Position numbers and translations under genes: made by a program. Under the pieces are notes generated by a model that saw nothing but the letters and a program-made list of their open reading frames with translations, was not told where the DNA came from and ran no database searches. Source: an uncultured delta proteobacterium (GTDB lineage: Bacteria; Myxococcota_A; Polyangia; Fen-1088). Taken from it: a stretch of DNA of 64,000 nucleotides. Positions within the stretch are counted from its first letter, which is position 1; each line of letters starts with the position of its first letter. Positions 49,021-57,889 of this stretch are shown piece by piece. The stretch lies in assembly GCA_963767925.1 (NCBI GenBank), contig CAVYGB010000002.1, forward strand, positions 1,440,001 to 1,504,000. The letters are read 5' to 3'.

Positions 49021-49995
49021 ATGCCTGCACACCTGCTCATCTTCGTTGCGGCGTTCGCGGTGTTGACGGTCGGGCCGGGAGCGATCCGGGCCGATGGGGG
49101 CGACAGCCCGGGGGAGGTCGACGGGCGCCGGCCCCTCCCCGCCGTCCTGGCCTTGCCCGACGGGTTCCAGCCCGAGGGGATCGCCCGCGGCCCGGGCGCC
49201 CGCCTGTTCGTGGCCGGGTTCGCCAATGGCGGCATCTACGCCCTCGACGCCCGCAGCGGCCGGGGCGACTTCCTGGTGCCCCCGCAGAGCAACGGACGCA
49301 AGGCGGTCGGGCTGAAGCTGCGGCGGGGGGCCAACCACCTGGTCGTCGCCGGCGGCGACACCGGGCACGCCTACCTCTACGACGCCCGCAGCGGCGCCTC
49401 GCTGGCCGACCTGGAGCTGGCCGTGCCGAGCGAGGCCGACCCCTCCTTCATCAACGACGTCATCCTCACCGGCGAGGCGGCCTACTTCACCGACTCGTTC
49501 CGGCCGGTGTTTTACCGGGTGGCGCTCGGCCGCCGCGGCGAGGTGCCCGACCAGGACGACGTCACGACAATCCCCCTGGGGGCCGACTTCGAGAGCGTGG
49601 CGGGCTTCAACTCCAACGGCATCGAGAAGACGCCCCGGGGCGATCTGCTCATCATCAACGGGGCCACCGGCAAGCTGTACCGGGTCGATCCGGGCAGCGG
49701 CGCGGCGACCCTGGTCGACCTGGGGGGCGGCTCGCTGGTCAACGGCGACGGCCTCGTGCTGCTGGGGCGCACCCTCTATGTGGTGGAGAACTTCAGCAAC
49801 CAGGTCGCGGTGGTCGAGCTGTCCCGCCGCTTCGACCGGGGGGAGATTGCCGAGACCATCACCGACCCGGGCTTCGACATCCCCGCCACCGCCGCCTTCT
49901 TCGCCGGGGCGCTGTACGTGACCAATGCCCGCTTCAGCACCCCGCCCACCCCCACGACCAGCTACACCGTCGTGCGGGTGCCGCTCGGCGACTGA
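49021..49995 (+). CDS. Secreted SMP-30/gluconolactonase/LRE-like beta-propeller
   Basis: GGAGGAGG RBS; 'LPDGFQPEGIA', 'FINDV', 'YFTDS', 'NGIE', 'NGDGL'. Confidence 0.88.
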   Translation: MPAHLLIFVAAFAVLTVGPGAIRADGGDSPGEVDGRRPLPAVLALPDGFQPEGIARGPGARLFVAGFANGGIYALDARSGRGDFLVPPQSNGRKAVGLKLRRGANHLVVAGGDTGHAYLYDARSGASLADLELAVPSEADPSFINDVILTGEAAYFTDSFRPVFYRVALGRRGEVPDQDDVTTIPLGADFESVAGFNSNGIEKTPRGDLLIINGATGKLYRVDPGSGAATLVDLGGGSLVNGDGLVLLGRTLYVVENFSNQVAVVELSRRFDRGEIAETITDPGFDIPATAAFFAGALYVTNARFSTPPTPTTSYTVVRVPLGD

Positions 49996-51392
49996 GCGGC
50001 CGGGCTGGCGCTCTCGGTGGCCAGCGGGAGCTGGATCGCCACGAAGAAGGTGGCGCCCTGGCCGGGCTCGCTGTCCACCCAGAGGCGCCCGCGCATCAGC
50101 TCGACGATCCTCCGGGCCAGGGCCAGGCCCAGGCCGGAGCCGCCGTGGCGGCGCTGGGCCGAGCCCTCGACCTGGGCGAAGGCCTCGAAGATCATCTGCT
50201 GCTTGTCCCGGGCGATGCCGATGCCGGTGTCGCGCACCCGCAGCTCGAGGGCCAGGGTCTCCCCCTCGCGCTCGGTCAGGCGGGCGGCGAGGGCCACGCT
50301 GCCGGCGGGGGTGAACTTGACCGCGTTCTGCAGCAGCCCCAGCAGCAAGACCCGCAGGCGGGCGGGATCGCCCCGCAGCCGCACCCGCAGCTCGGCGGGG
50401 AGCTCCAGCGACAGGGCCAGGCCCTTGTCCCGGGCCAGGGGGGCCACCTCCCGCATCAGGCCGTCGAGCAGCTCGCCGAGCTGGAAGGGGCGGTCGGCCA
50501 GCTTCTCGTCTTTGCCCTGTAGCCGGGCCAGGTTCAGGAGCTGGTTGACGATGGCCAGCAGGTTGTCGCTGCAGCGCCTGGCCGTCTCGAGGTGCTCGCG
50601 CTGCTCGGCGGTGATCTCGCTGTCGAGCACCAGCTCGGTGAAGCCCATGACGCCAGTCAGCGGGGTGCGCAGCTCGTGGCCGACGTTGGCCAGAAACTCG
50701 GTCTTGGCCCGGGAGGCCTGCTCGGCCTGGGCCCGGGCCCGCTCGAGGGTCTCGGACTGGGCGCGGAGCTGCTCGACCAGGCCCCGGGCCATGTGCATGG
50801 CCTCGCTGGTGCGGCGGCGGAGCTGCTCGGCGGTGCGGGCGGTCGTGGCGATGTAGACCCCGGTCAGGTACAGGGTGGCCAGCTTGGCCAGCTCCACGCC
50901 CCAGCGGGGCGGGCGCCCGTCGACCCAGGTCTGCAGCAGCAGGACCCCCAGGTAAGAGAGGGCCGAGAGCTGCAGGAACCACAACACCCGCCGGAAGGTC
51001 GTGTTGGTCTGATCGGCCACCCGGATCAGCAGCAGGAAGATCAGGTAGCTCTCGTCGCCGCCCGAGACCCGGATGGCGTAGGCGAACCAGAGCACGTCCA
51101 CCGCCATGAAGAAGGTGCCGAGGTCGAAGCGCACCCGCGCGACGTAGCGAAACGAGATGGCCCAGGAGAGCAGGGCGTAGGCCAGGGAGCTGACGACGAA
51201 CCGGTAGTAGGGCGCGTCGGGGCTGGCGCCCCGGATGTAGACGTGGTGGAGCAGCACCACCAGGGACAACATGACCATCCCCAGCAGGCGCAGCAGGGGG
51301 ATCTGCTGGGCGTAATAGCGGACGTGCCGGCGGCGCTTGGCCTCCGCCGCTTCGTCGGCTTCTATGTGGACGATCGAGGGGTCCCCGTCCAT
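49962..51392 (-). CDS. Membrane-bound sensor histidine kinase (multi-TM, HisKA, HATPase; no REC)
   Basis: 'KTEFLANVGHELRTPL', 'QNAVKFT', 'DTGIGI', 'GGSGLGL'. Confidence 0.93.
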   Translation of the reverse strand: MDGDPSIVHIEADEAAEAKRRRHVRYYAQQIPLLRLLGMVMLSLVVLLHHVYIRGASPDAPYYRFVVSSLAYALLSWAISFRYVARVRFDLGTFFMAVDVLWFAYAIRVSGGDESYLIFLLLIRVADQTNTTFRRVLWFLQLSALSYLGVLLLQTWVDGRPPRWGVELAKLATLYLTGVYIATTARTAEQLRRRTSEAMHMARGLVEQLRAQSETLERARAQAEQASRAKTEFLANVGHELRTPLTGVMGFTELVLDSEITAEQREHLETARRCSDNLLAIVNQLLNLARLQGKDEKLADRPFQLGELLDGLMREVAPLARDKGLALSLELPAELRVRLRGDPARLRVLLLGLLQNAVKFTPAGSVALAARLTEREGETLALELRVRDTGIGIARDKQQMIFEAFAQVEGSAQRRHGGSGLGLALARRIVELMRGRLWVDSEPGQGATFFVAIQLPLATESASPAAQSPSGTRTTV

Positions 51393-51408
51393 CTCCCCGC
51401 CGCCCACG

Positions 51409-51435
51409 CCATCGGCAGCGAACCGGGATACTTGA
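51409..51435 (-). promoter_or_regulatory. Sigma28-type promoter for the histidine kinase
   Basis: Minus strand TCAAG-N14-GCCGATGG. Confidence 0.7.
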
Positions 51436-51442
51436 ACAAAGC

Positions 51443-51469
51443 TCAAGGTGATCGGCGAGTTGCCGATGA
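51443..51469 (+). promoter_or_regulatory. Sigma28-type promoter for the STAS gene
   Basis: TCAAG-N14-GCCGATGA. Confidence 0.7.
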
Positions 51470-51478
51470 GTAGGACGG

Positions 51479-51859
51479 ATGCGGTCAACCTCGCCCCCCG
51501 AGGGGGGGTACGTCACCATCATCGAGCAGCTCATCCGGGGGGTTCCCGTCCTCAAGGTCGCCGGCTCCCGCATCGACGCCGCCGTGGCCTTCACCTTCCG
51601 CGAGACCCTGGCCGCCATCGTCGAGCGGGGGGTGATCCGCTTCGTCCTCGACCTGTCGCTGGTCACCTTCATCGACAGCACCGGGCTGGGGGCGCTGGTC
51701 TCGGCGCTCAAGTCCTCGGGCTCGGCCGGGGAGGTGGTCGTCGCGGGGGCGCGCGCGCCCGTGCTGACGCTGTTCAAGCTGACCCGCATGGACCGCGTGT
51801 TCCGCATGTTCCCCAGCGAGGCCGAGGCGGTGGCCGCCCTGGTCCCCCGCGCGCCCTGA
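51479..51859 (+). CDS. STAS-domain anti-sigma factor antagonist
   Basis: 'LDLSLVTFIDSTGLGALV', 'FKLTRMDRVF'. Confidence 0.92.
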   Translation: MRSTSPPEGGYVTIIEQLIRGVPVLKVAGSRIDAAVAFTFRETLAAIVERGVIRFVLDLSLVTFIDSTGLGALVSALKSSGSAGEVVVAGARAPVLTLFKLTRMDRVFRMFPSEAEAVAALVPRAP

Positions 51860-51898
51860 GCCGTCGCGCGCGGTTCCGTCCGCGGACGCCGGAGCCGG

Positions 51899-52300
51899 TC
51901 AGCCGGGCGGGTCGGCGATCAGGCGCTGCAGGACCTCGCCCCGCAGCAGATCGGGGAGGCGCTCGAGCAAGGGGACCAGATCGCCGCTCAGGCGGTGGGC
52001 CTCGGCCGGTCCGGTGGTGCGGGCGGCTTGCAGGACGACGGCGGCCGAGCTGGCCACCCGGTCGAGGCCCAGGGTGGCGGCGGTGCCCTTGATGTCGTGC
52101 ACGCACATCTCGACGTCGTCCTTGCCGAGCTGGGCGGGGTCCTTGCGCAGCAGCGTGACGGCCTCGTTCACCCGGTCGGCGAAGAGCAGGTAGAGCTCGC
52201 GCAGCTCCTCGGGGGACATCAGCTCGCGCAGCTCCTGGACCCGGGCGTGGGCGGGCAGCAGGTCGTCGGCGGCCGGGGCCGGCTGGCTGGAGGGGATCAT
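51899..52300 (-). CDS. Stand-alone Hpt domain protein
   Basis: 'VHDIKGTAATLG'. Confidence 0.85.
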   Translation of the reverse strand: MIPSSQPAPAADDLLPAHARVQELRELMSPEELRELYLLFADRVNEAVTLLRKDPAQLGKDDVEMCVHDIKGTAATLGLDRVASSAAVVLQAARTTGPAEAHRLSGDLVPLLERLPDLLRGEVLQRLIADPPG

Positions 52301-52322
52301 CGGGGGCGTTTCCCTCGTCGGG

Positions 52323-53507
52323 TCATTCCGTCGCGGCGTACAGGTGATCCCAGATCTTCTTGGAGGCGCCCCCCATGGCGAACAGGCGGGCCTCGATCCG
52401 GTGCTGGCCGTCGGTCCGCTCGATCTTGAGGGGGGTAGCGAAGATCTCGAAGGCCTGGCCGGCGGCGGAGACGGCCAGCTTGATCACGAAGTTCTCCTTG
52501 GGGGCCTCGGGCAGGGTCATGGCGAGGCCGTCGGAGGCCACCGCGCTGATCACCCCGGGGACCGGCCGCTCGCGGTTCAGCCAGGCAACCTCCCAGCGGA
52601 CCGGCTTCACGGTCCCCCGCAAGGTGGCGCCGGGGTGGCTCACCTTGGAAGCGGCGGGGGGGGCCAGGGGTCTGGTGCCGGGGAACATCTCCAGGAGCTG
52701 GGAGGTCTCGGCGGCGATCTGGGGCAGGGCCCGGGCCAGGGCGGTCGCGAGATCCCACTCCACGCCCGACAGCTTCGCCAGGTGATCCTCGGTGATGGCG
52801 GGGTGCTGCTCGAGGAGGGTGACCAGCCGGTCAGAGAGGGCCACCAGCTCGACCATGGGCCGGTAGAGGAGGGAGGACTTCTCCGGCATGTGGTGGCAGA
52901 GGATGACCTCGGCGATGAGGGGCGGCAGGTCCCAGCGAACCGCGGTGATGTGGCCGAGGAGGATGTGAAACTGGTCGACCAGGGTCATCCAGCTCTCGGC
53001 GGTGCGCTGCTTCTCATCGGGGTAGTCGGCCAGCAGGTCCTCGAGGGCGCTGAGGGCGACGATCCAGCCGAAGTCGTGCAGGAGGCCGCAGGCGAAGGCG
53101 TCGGCGGCCCGCCCGCCCCGGTGCTGGGCGGCGAAGCGGCAGATCATGGCGCTGGTGACGCTGCGGCGCCAGGCGAGCAGGCGGAGCTGGGCCAGGGGGC
53201 CGTCGTTGGTGGCGAGATCGGCGGCCCGGACGGCCAGCGCGATGTTGGGCAGCGCCTCCACCTGGATGCGGGCGATGGCGTCGGGCACCGAGGCGACCGG
53301 GACCAGGTCCTTGAAGTCGCCGGTGTTGGCGGCGCGCAGGACGGCCGCGGCGAGCGGGGGGTCGAGCGACACCACCTCGGCCAGCGCGCTGGCGGTGCCC
53401 TTCGATTCGTGCATCACCTTGTGGATGCGCATCGCGCTGGTAGGCGCGGAGGGAACCCGCACCTTGCCGCTGGCGATCACGTCTGTGAGTATCGGTCCGT
53501 CGATCAT
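52323..53507 (-). CDS. HDOD domain protein
   Basis: 'DPPLAAAVLRAAN', 'AFACGLLHDFG', 'WDLP', 'HH.P'. Confidence 0.9.
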   Translation of the reverse strand: MIDGPILTDVIASGKVRVPSAPTSAMRIHKVMHESKGTASALAEVVSLDPPLAAAVLRAANTGDFKDLVPVASVPDAIARIQVEALPNIALAVRAADLATNDGPLAQLRLLAWRRSVTSAMICRFAAQHRGGRAADAFACGLLHDFGWIVALSALEDLLADYPDEKQRTAESWMTLVDQFHILLGHITAVRWDLPPLIAEVILCHHMPEKSSLLYRPMVELVALSDRLVTLLEQHPAITEDHLAKLSGVEWDLATALARALPQIAAETSQLLEMFPGTRPLAPPAASKVSHPGATLRGTVKPVRWEVAWLNRERPVPGVISAVASDGLAMTLPEAPKENFVIKLAVSAAGQAFEIFATPLKIERTDGQHRIEARLFAMGGASKKIWDHLYAATE

Positions 53508-53540
53508 GCCGGCGGCCTCGCCTGTCCTTCTCCGTCAGGA

Positions 53541-53567
53541 ACTTCGGATGAACGGGGCGCCGCTTGA
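53541..53567 (-). promoter_or_regulatory. Putative sigma28-type promoter for HDOD-Hpt
   Basis: Minus strand TCAAG-N14-TCCGAAGT. Confidence 0.55.
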
Positions 53568-53710
53568 GGCGGGGTGGGCCCACATGTCGGGCGGGAGCCG
53601 ATCGCCGACCAGCTTGGCGTCGGACAGCGCGACCGCGCCGTCGGCCTTGCTGGCGGCGGGGGCGCCGGGGCCGGCCTCCACGGTGCCCTCCACAACCTGG
53701 AAGATCTGGC

Positions 53711-54082
53711 TCAGGCGGACGGCGTAGGGGCGGGGGCCGGACGGCATCCGGTCTGCAGCACCGTCATGCGCGCCCAGGCGAACACGAACCCCACCCCCGA
53801 CCCCAGCGCCCGCGACACGAAGTGATACTCCCCGCCCGCGTGGGGGTAGGCCGTCGCCAGCTCCGCGTAGCAGAAGGCCCCCAGCAGCGAGACAACCCCG
53901 CCCGCCACCCAGAGCAGCAGGAAGGCCACCTCCGAGGCGCTGTTGCCCGCCACGAGCTGCGGCGTCCGGAAGATCCCGACCCCCAGCACCAGCCCCACCC
54001 CCAGCACCACCGCGTCGAGCGTGCTGAGCGATCGCCCCGGCGAGGCGCCTTCCCGACCGGGGCTGACCGGCGCCGCGTTCAA
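53711..54082 (-). pseudogene. APC-family amino acid permease, truncated after about TM3
   Basis: 'GVGIFRTP', 'GAFCYAELATAYPHAGGEY'; similarity stops at 'ARMTVLQTG' (about 53747). Confidence 0.85.
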
Positions 54083-54510
54083 GGCGTCAGACCATCTCCG
54101 CGCGTGGCGCGGTCCAGCCCGACCGGCGGCCAGCCCGGTTGCAAGGCGCGAACCGCGCGGGCGCGAGCACGGCATCACCTTGCAACGCCCCGCCTCCGAC
54201 CGCAACAAGACCCACCCCGTTGCAAAGTCCCCCCGATACCGCGGTAGGTGGAGCGGGCGTGACGATCGACCTCGGCCGGCGATCGCGGTGCGTGGTTCCG
54301 GCGGGACACGCGGGTGGCGGGTGTGGGGCGTGGCGTTGGCGGAGCGGAAAGAGAATCGCCGTGAAAAAAGCGACGTTTGGAAATGGAGCGTCGTCGGTGT
54401 CGGGTTTATTGCACGGGCCGATCCGGTGTATGGGTGCACATGAGCGCTGGGGGGTTGGGTTCGTTGCGCGTGGCGGAGAGAGGGAGAAGGGGTGTGTTAG
54501 ATCGTCGGGG

Positions 54511-55980
54511 ATGTCGGCCCGCAGCGTCGTCGGTCTGCTGCTCCTGGGGGGCTGCGCCGCGACGCCCAGCGCTCACACCACCATGAGCATGCCGCCAGCC
54601 TTCGCCACCCGCACCGTCGGGGATCTCGGTGTCCAGCCGAAGAACCTCGAGCAGATCACCTCCTTCGTCGAATCGATCGGCCGGGGGTGGGGGGAGGTCT
54701 CGCGCTTCAACGGCATCGTCCTGGTGGCGCAGCACGATCAGCCGATCTACACGCAGGCCTTCGGCCTGGTGGATCGCGAGCGCAAGCGGGCCGCCACCGC
54801 CGATACGTCGTTCCGCATCGGCTCGATCACCAAGCAGTTCACGGCGGCGGCCATCCTCCGGCTCGAGCAGACCGGCAAGCTGTCGGTCGACGATCCGGTC
54901 CGCAAGCACCTGCCCGAATATTCCGGTCCGGGCAAAGACGTCACCATCCACCAGCTCCTCACCCACACCGCCGGCATCCCCAGCTACACCGCCGATCCCT
55001 CGGTCGTCGCCCGCAAGGGCGAGCGCTGGACGGTGCCCGCGCTGCTCAACACCTTCTCGCGCAAGCCGCTCGACTTCCCGCCCGGCACCGACCACGCCTA
55101 CTCGAACTCCGGCTACGCCATCCTCGGCGCCATCGTCGAGCGGGCGGGCGGCCGTGACTACGCCACCTTCCTGCGCCAGGAGCTGTTTTCACCGGCCGGC
55201 ATGACCCGCACGGTGGCGGGCGACGCCGAGCGCGACCTCGACCGCGCGGTCGGCTACACGGCCCGGGCCGGCGAGCTGATGCCGGCCGACCCCATCGACA
55301 TGTCGCTCCCCTTCGCCGCCGGGGGCGTCCGCTCGACCGCCAGCGATCTCGTGCGCTGGCACCGGGCCCTCGAGGGCGAGAGCATCCTGGCCGGGAAGGC
55401 CCGGGCCAAGCTCTACACCCCCGCGCTGGCCAACTACGCCTACGGCTGGGTGGTCGAGGAGATCTTCGGCCGCCGGGCCCTCTGGCACAACGGGGGCATC
55501 GACGGCTTTCACGCGGACTACTGGCGGGTGCCGGAGGCCGACCTGGTCGTCGTCGTCCTCGGCAACGCGGCCGAGCTCGACACCCAGCCCATCGCCAAGG
55601 CCGCCCTGGCCGCGGCCTTCGGGCAGGTGCTGCAGGCCCTGCCCCAGCCCCGGCCCATCGATCTCGACCCGACCCTCATCCCCCGCCTGACCGGCACCTA
55701 CCGCATCACGGTCGACAGCCGGCGGTCGCTGATCGAGGGCAAGGCCCCCACCAAGCTCATCAATAGCATCCTCACCGTGACCGTCACGGCGATCGACGGC
55801 GGCATCTTGATGAAGCCCAACGGTCAGGACGCCGTGCGCCTGGCGCCCACCGGCATCGCCGAGTTCTTCGACCCGACCTCCAACCTCAAGGCGTCGTTCG
55901 ACTTCGCCCGCACCCGCTCCGCCCTCCGCCTCACCGTCGAGCAGGGCTGGCTCAAGATCATCTACCGCCGCGCCCGCTGA
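54511..55980 (+). CDS. Serine hydrolase, beta-lactamase class C/AmpC-like family lipoprotein
   Basis: Lipobox 'LGGC'; SITK, YSN and HNG motifs; 'LLTHTAG'. Confidence 0.92.
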   Translation: MSARSVVGLLLLGGCAATPSAHTTMSMPPAFATRTVGDLGVQPKNLEQITSFVESIGRGWGEVSRFNGIVLVAQHDQPIYTQAFGLVDRERKRAATADTSFRIGSITKQFTAAAILRLEQTGKLSVDDPVRKHLPEYSGPGKDVTIHQLLTHTAGIPSYTADPSVVARKGERWTVPALLNTFSRKPLDFPPGTDHAYSNSGYAILGAIVERAGGRDYATFLRQELFSPAGMTRTVAGDAERDLDRAVGYTARAGELMPADPIDMSLPFAAGGVRSTASDLVRWHRALEGESILAGKARAKLYTPALANYAYGWVVEEIFGRRALWHNGGIDGFHADYWRVPEADLVVVVLGNAAELDTQPIAKAALAAAFGQVLQALPQPRPIDLDPTLIPRLTGTYRITVDSRRSLIEGKAPTKLINSILTVTVTAIDGGILMKPNGQDAVRLAPTGIAEFFDPTSNLKASFDFARTRSALRLTVEQGWLKIIYRRAR

Positions 55981-56002
55981 GCCCGCGTCCGGGGCGCGCC
56001 GC

Positions 56003-56389
56003 TCAGGCCGCGTGTTGCTCGCGCACCCGCTCGATCGTGGCCATGAGCTGATCGCGCAGGAAGGGCTTCTTGAGGTAGGCCGCCGCGCCAGCGTCGAGGC
56101 CCCGCTGGATGTCGTTCTCCTTGCCCTCCGTGCTGACGATGATGACGGGGATCCGGGCGAATACGGGGTTGGCCTTGGCGTGGCCGAGGAACTCGAAGCC
56201 GTTGACCTGAGGCATGTTGATGTCGAGCACGATAAGGTCGATGTCCGCGTGCTCGGCCAGCCGCTGCAGGCCTTCCCGGCCGTCCATGGCGTACACCAGC
56301 ACGTGGGAGCGCAACATCAGCTCATACATCCGGTGGACGAGCTTGGAGTCCTCCACCACCAGGATCTTCTTGACCTTCTCCGTGTTCAC
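56003..56389 (-). CDS. CheY-like single-domain response regulator (copy A)
   Basis: 'LVVEDS', 'LDINMP', 'STEG', 'KKPF'; GTG start at 56389. Confidence 0.9.
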   Translation of the reverse strand: MNTEKVKKILVVEDSKLVHRMYELMLRSHVLVYAMDGREGLQRLAEHADIDLIVLDINMPQVNGFEFLGHAKANPVFARIPVIIVSTEGKENDIQRGLDAGAAAYLKKPFLRDQLMATIERVREQHAA

Positions 56390-56461
56390 AGAAACCCTCC
56401 TGCCGCCCAGTGCGCCCCTGCTGCCGGGTGCCAAGCTGTGCGTGGTCCCCCCAAGGCATAG

Positions 56462-56488
56462 TTCGTCCGCACGCGACGGTGACTTGAG
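56462..56488 (-). promoter_or_regulatory. Conserved promoter motif of CheY copy A
   Basis: Minus strand CTCAAGTC-N10-GCGGACGAA. Confidence 0.55.
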
Positions 56489-56566
56489 CGTCCGGGCGCG
56501 TAACGCCCGCCGCAGGTGGTCGGCGCCCCAGGTCCGGTCCCGGGGGAGTCCCTGGTGGCTCCACCC

Positions 56567-56593
56567 CTCAAGTCTATTCAGCGCTCCGACGAA
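56567..56593 (+). promoter_or_regulatory. Conserved promoter motif of the che operon
   Basis: CTCAAGTC-N10-TCCGACGAA. Confidence 0.55.
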
Positions 56594-56654
56594 TCTACGG
56601 AACGGTGGGTGGTAAGCGGAAATCTGTCCGGAGGCTTTCGTACCGGAGGCTGGG

Positions 56655-57044
56655 GTGAGCAACGAAAAAATCCACAAGATCCTCGTCGTCGACGATTCCA
56701 AGCTGATTCACAAGATGTACGAGGTGATGCTGCGGCCCCACGTCCTGATCTACGCCCTCAACGGCCGGGAAGGGCTGCAGAAGCTCGGGGAACACGCCGA
56801 CATCGATCTCATCCTCCTCGACATCAACATGCCCCAGATCAACGGCCTCGAGTTCCTGGGCCACGCCAAGGCCAACTCCGTCTTCGCGAAGGTCCCGGTG
56901 GTCATCGTCAGCACCGAGGGTAAAGACGACGACATTTTGCGTGGCCTCAAGGCGGGGGCAGCCGCCTACATCAAGAAGCCCTTCCAGCGCGAGCAGCTGA
57001 TCCAGGTCATCGGTCGGATGCAGGCGCACGAGAGCGCAGCATGA
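56655..57044 (+). CDS. cheY: CheY-like response regulator (copy B)
   Basis: GGAGG RBS; 'LVVDDS', 'LDINMP', 'KKPF'; first gene of the operon containing cheA and cheW. Confidence 0.9.
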   Translation: MSNEKIHKILVVDDSKLIHKMYEVMLRPHVLIYALNGREGLQKLGEHADIDLILLDINMPQINGLEFLGHAKANSVFAKVPVVIVSTEGKDDDILRGLKAGAAAYIKKPFQREQLIQVIGRMQAHESAA

Positions 57045-57841
57045 CCCGCACCGGACCGGCATCGGCCATCGGCGTCACGCCGGCGCCGGATGCGGGCCCC
57101 CTCCGCGGGCCCGAGGACGAGGTGCTGGCCGGGGCCGCGGGGGCCCTCGATCGGGCCAAGGCCCTGCTGCCCCAGCTCGAGGCGGCCATGGAGATGGCCA
57201 CCGCCCACATGGACCGGGCCCGCGACACCTACCGCCGGGCCGAAGGGGTGGCCCGCCGCCTGCGCGATAACGAGGGGGAGCGGGAGGACCTGATGGCCCG
57301 CCTGCGCGACAGCGAGACGCAGATCGGGCGCCTCATGACCCTCTACGTCGCCACCTACCAGCTCCACTGCACCCTCAACCCCGAGGAGGTGCAGTCCACC
57401 ATCGTCGAGATTGTGCTCAACCTGCTCGGCGCCGAGAGCTTCGTCTTGCTGCTGCAGGCCCAGCAGTCCACCCACTACGACATCACCATCGCCCACACGA
57501 CCGACGGCGTGTTGCCGCCCCCCTTCGACGGCGGGCGCTACGAGAGCGGCGACCCTCTGGTCGACGCCACCTTGCACGACGGGGCCCTCATGTTCGGGCC
57601 GGCCGACGGCTCGGTGGCCCTGGCGGCGGTCCCCCTGCGGGTGCAGGACATGATCGTGGGGGCCCTGGTGGTGTTCAAGCTGCTGGCCCACAAGTCCAAC
57701 TTCCAGAGCGAGGACAGCGAGCTGTTCGACCTCATCGGGGCCCACGCCGCCTCTGCCCTGCTCGCTTCTCGCGTGTACGCCGGGATGGCGCGCAAGCTGC
57801 GCACGCTGGAGGAGCTCATCAGTCTGGTCAAGGGCGGCTAG
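57041..57841 (+). CDS. Coiled-coil + GAF domain protein
   Basis: ATGA coupling; 'LYVATYQLH', 'AVPLRV...VGALVVFKLL', 'ELFDLIGAHAASAL'. Confidence 0.85.
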   Translation: MTRTGPASAIGVTPAPDAGPLRGPEDEVLAGAAGALDRAKALLPQLEAAMEMATAHMDRARDTYRRAEGVARRLRDNEGEREDLMARLRDSETQIGRLMTLYVATYQLHCTLNPEEVQSTIVEIVLNLLGAESFVLLLQAQQSTHYDITIAHTTDGVLPPPFDGGRYESGDPLVDATLHDGALMFGPADGSVALAAVPLRVQDMIVGALVVFKLLAHKSNFQSEDSELFDLIGAHAASALLASRVYAGMARKLRTLEELISLVKGG

Positions 57842-57889
57842 TGGCGCCGGCGGACGGGGACATGCCCGGGACGGGACGCTGGTAGGCCC

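Noticed and set aside
49021..49995. Superoxide dismutase label sometimes given to this family
   Set aside because: No Cu/Zn or Fe/Mn SOD ligand motifs. The sequence is a beta-propeller only.
54511..55980. True beta-lactamase regulated by the BlaI/M56 pair
   Set aside because: Generic serine-hydrolase motifs only, about 20 kb away, and no TACA-N2-TGTA operator upstream.
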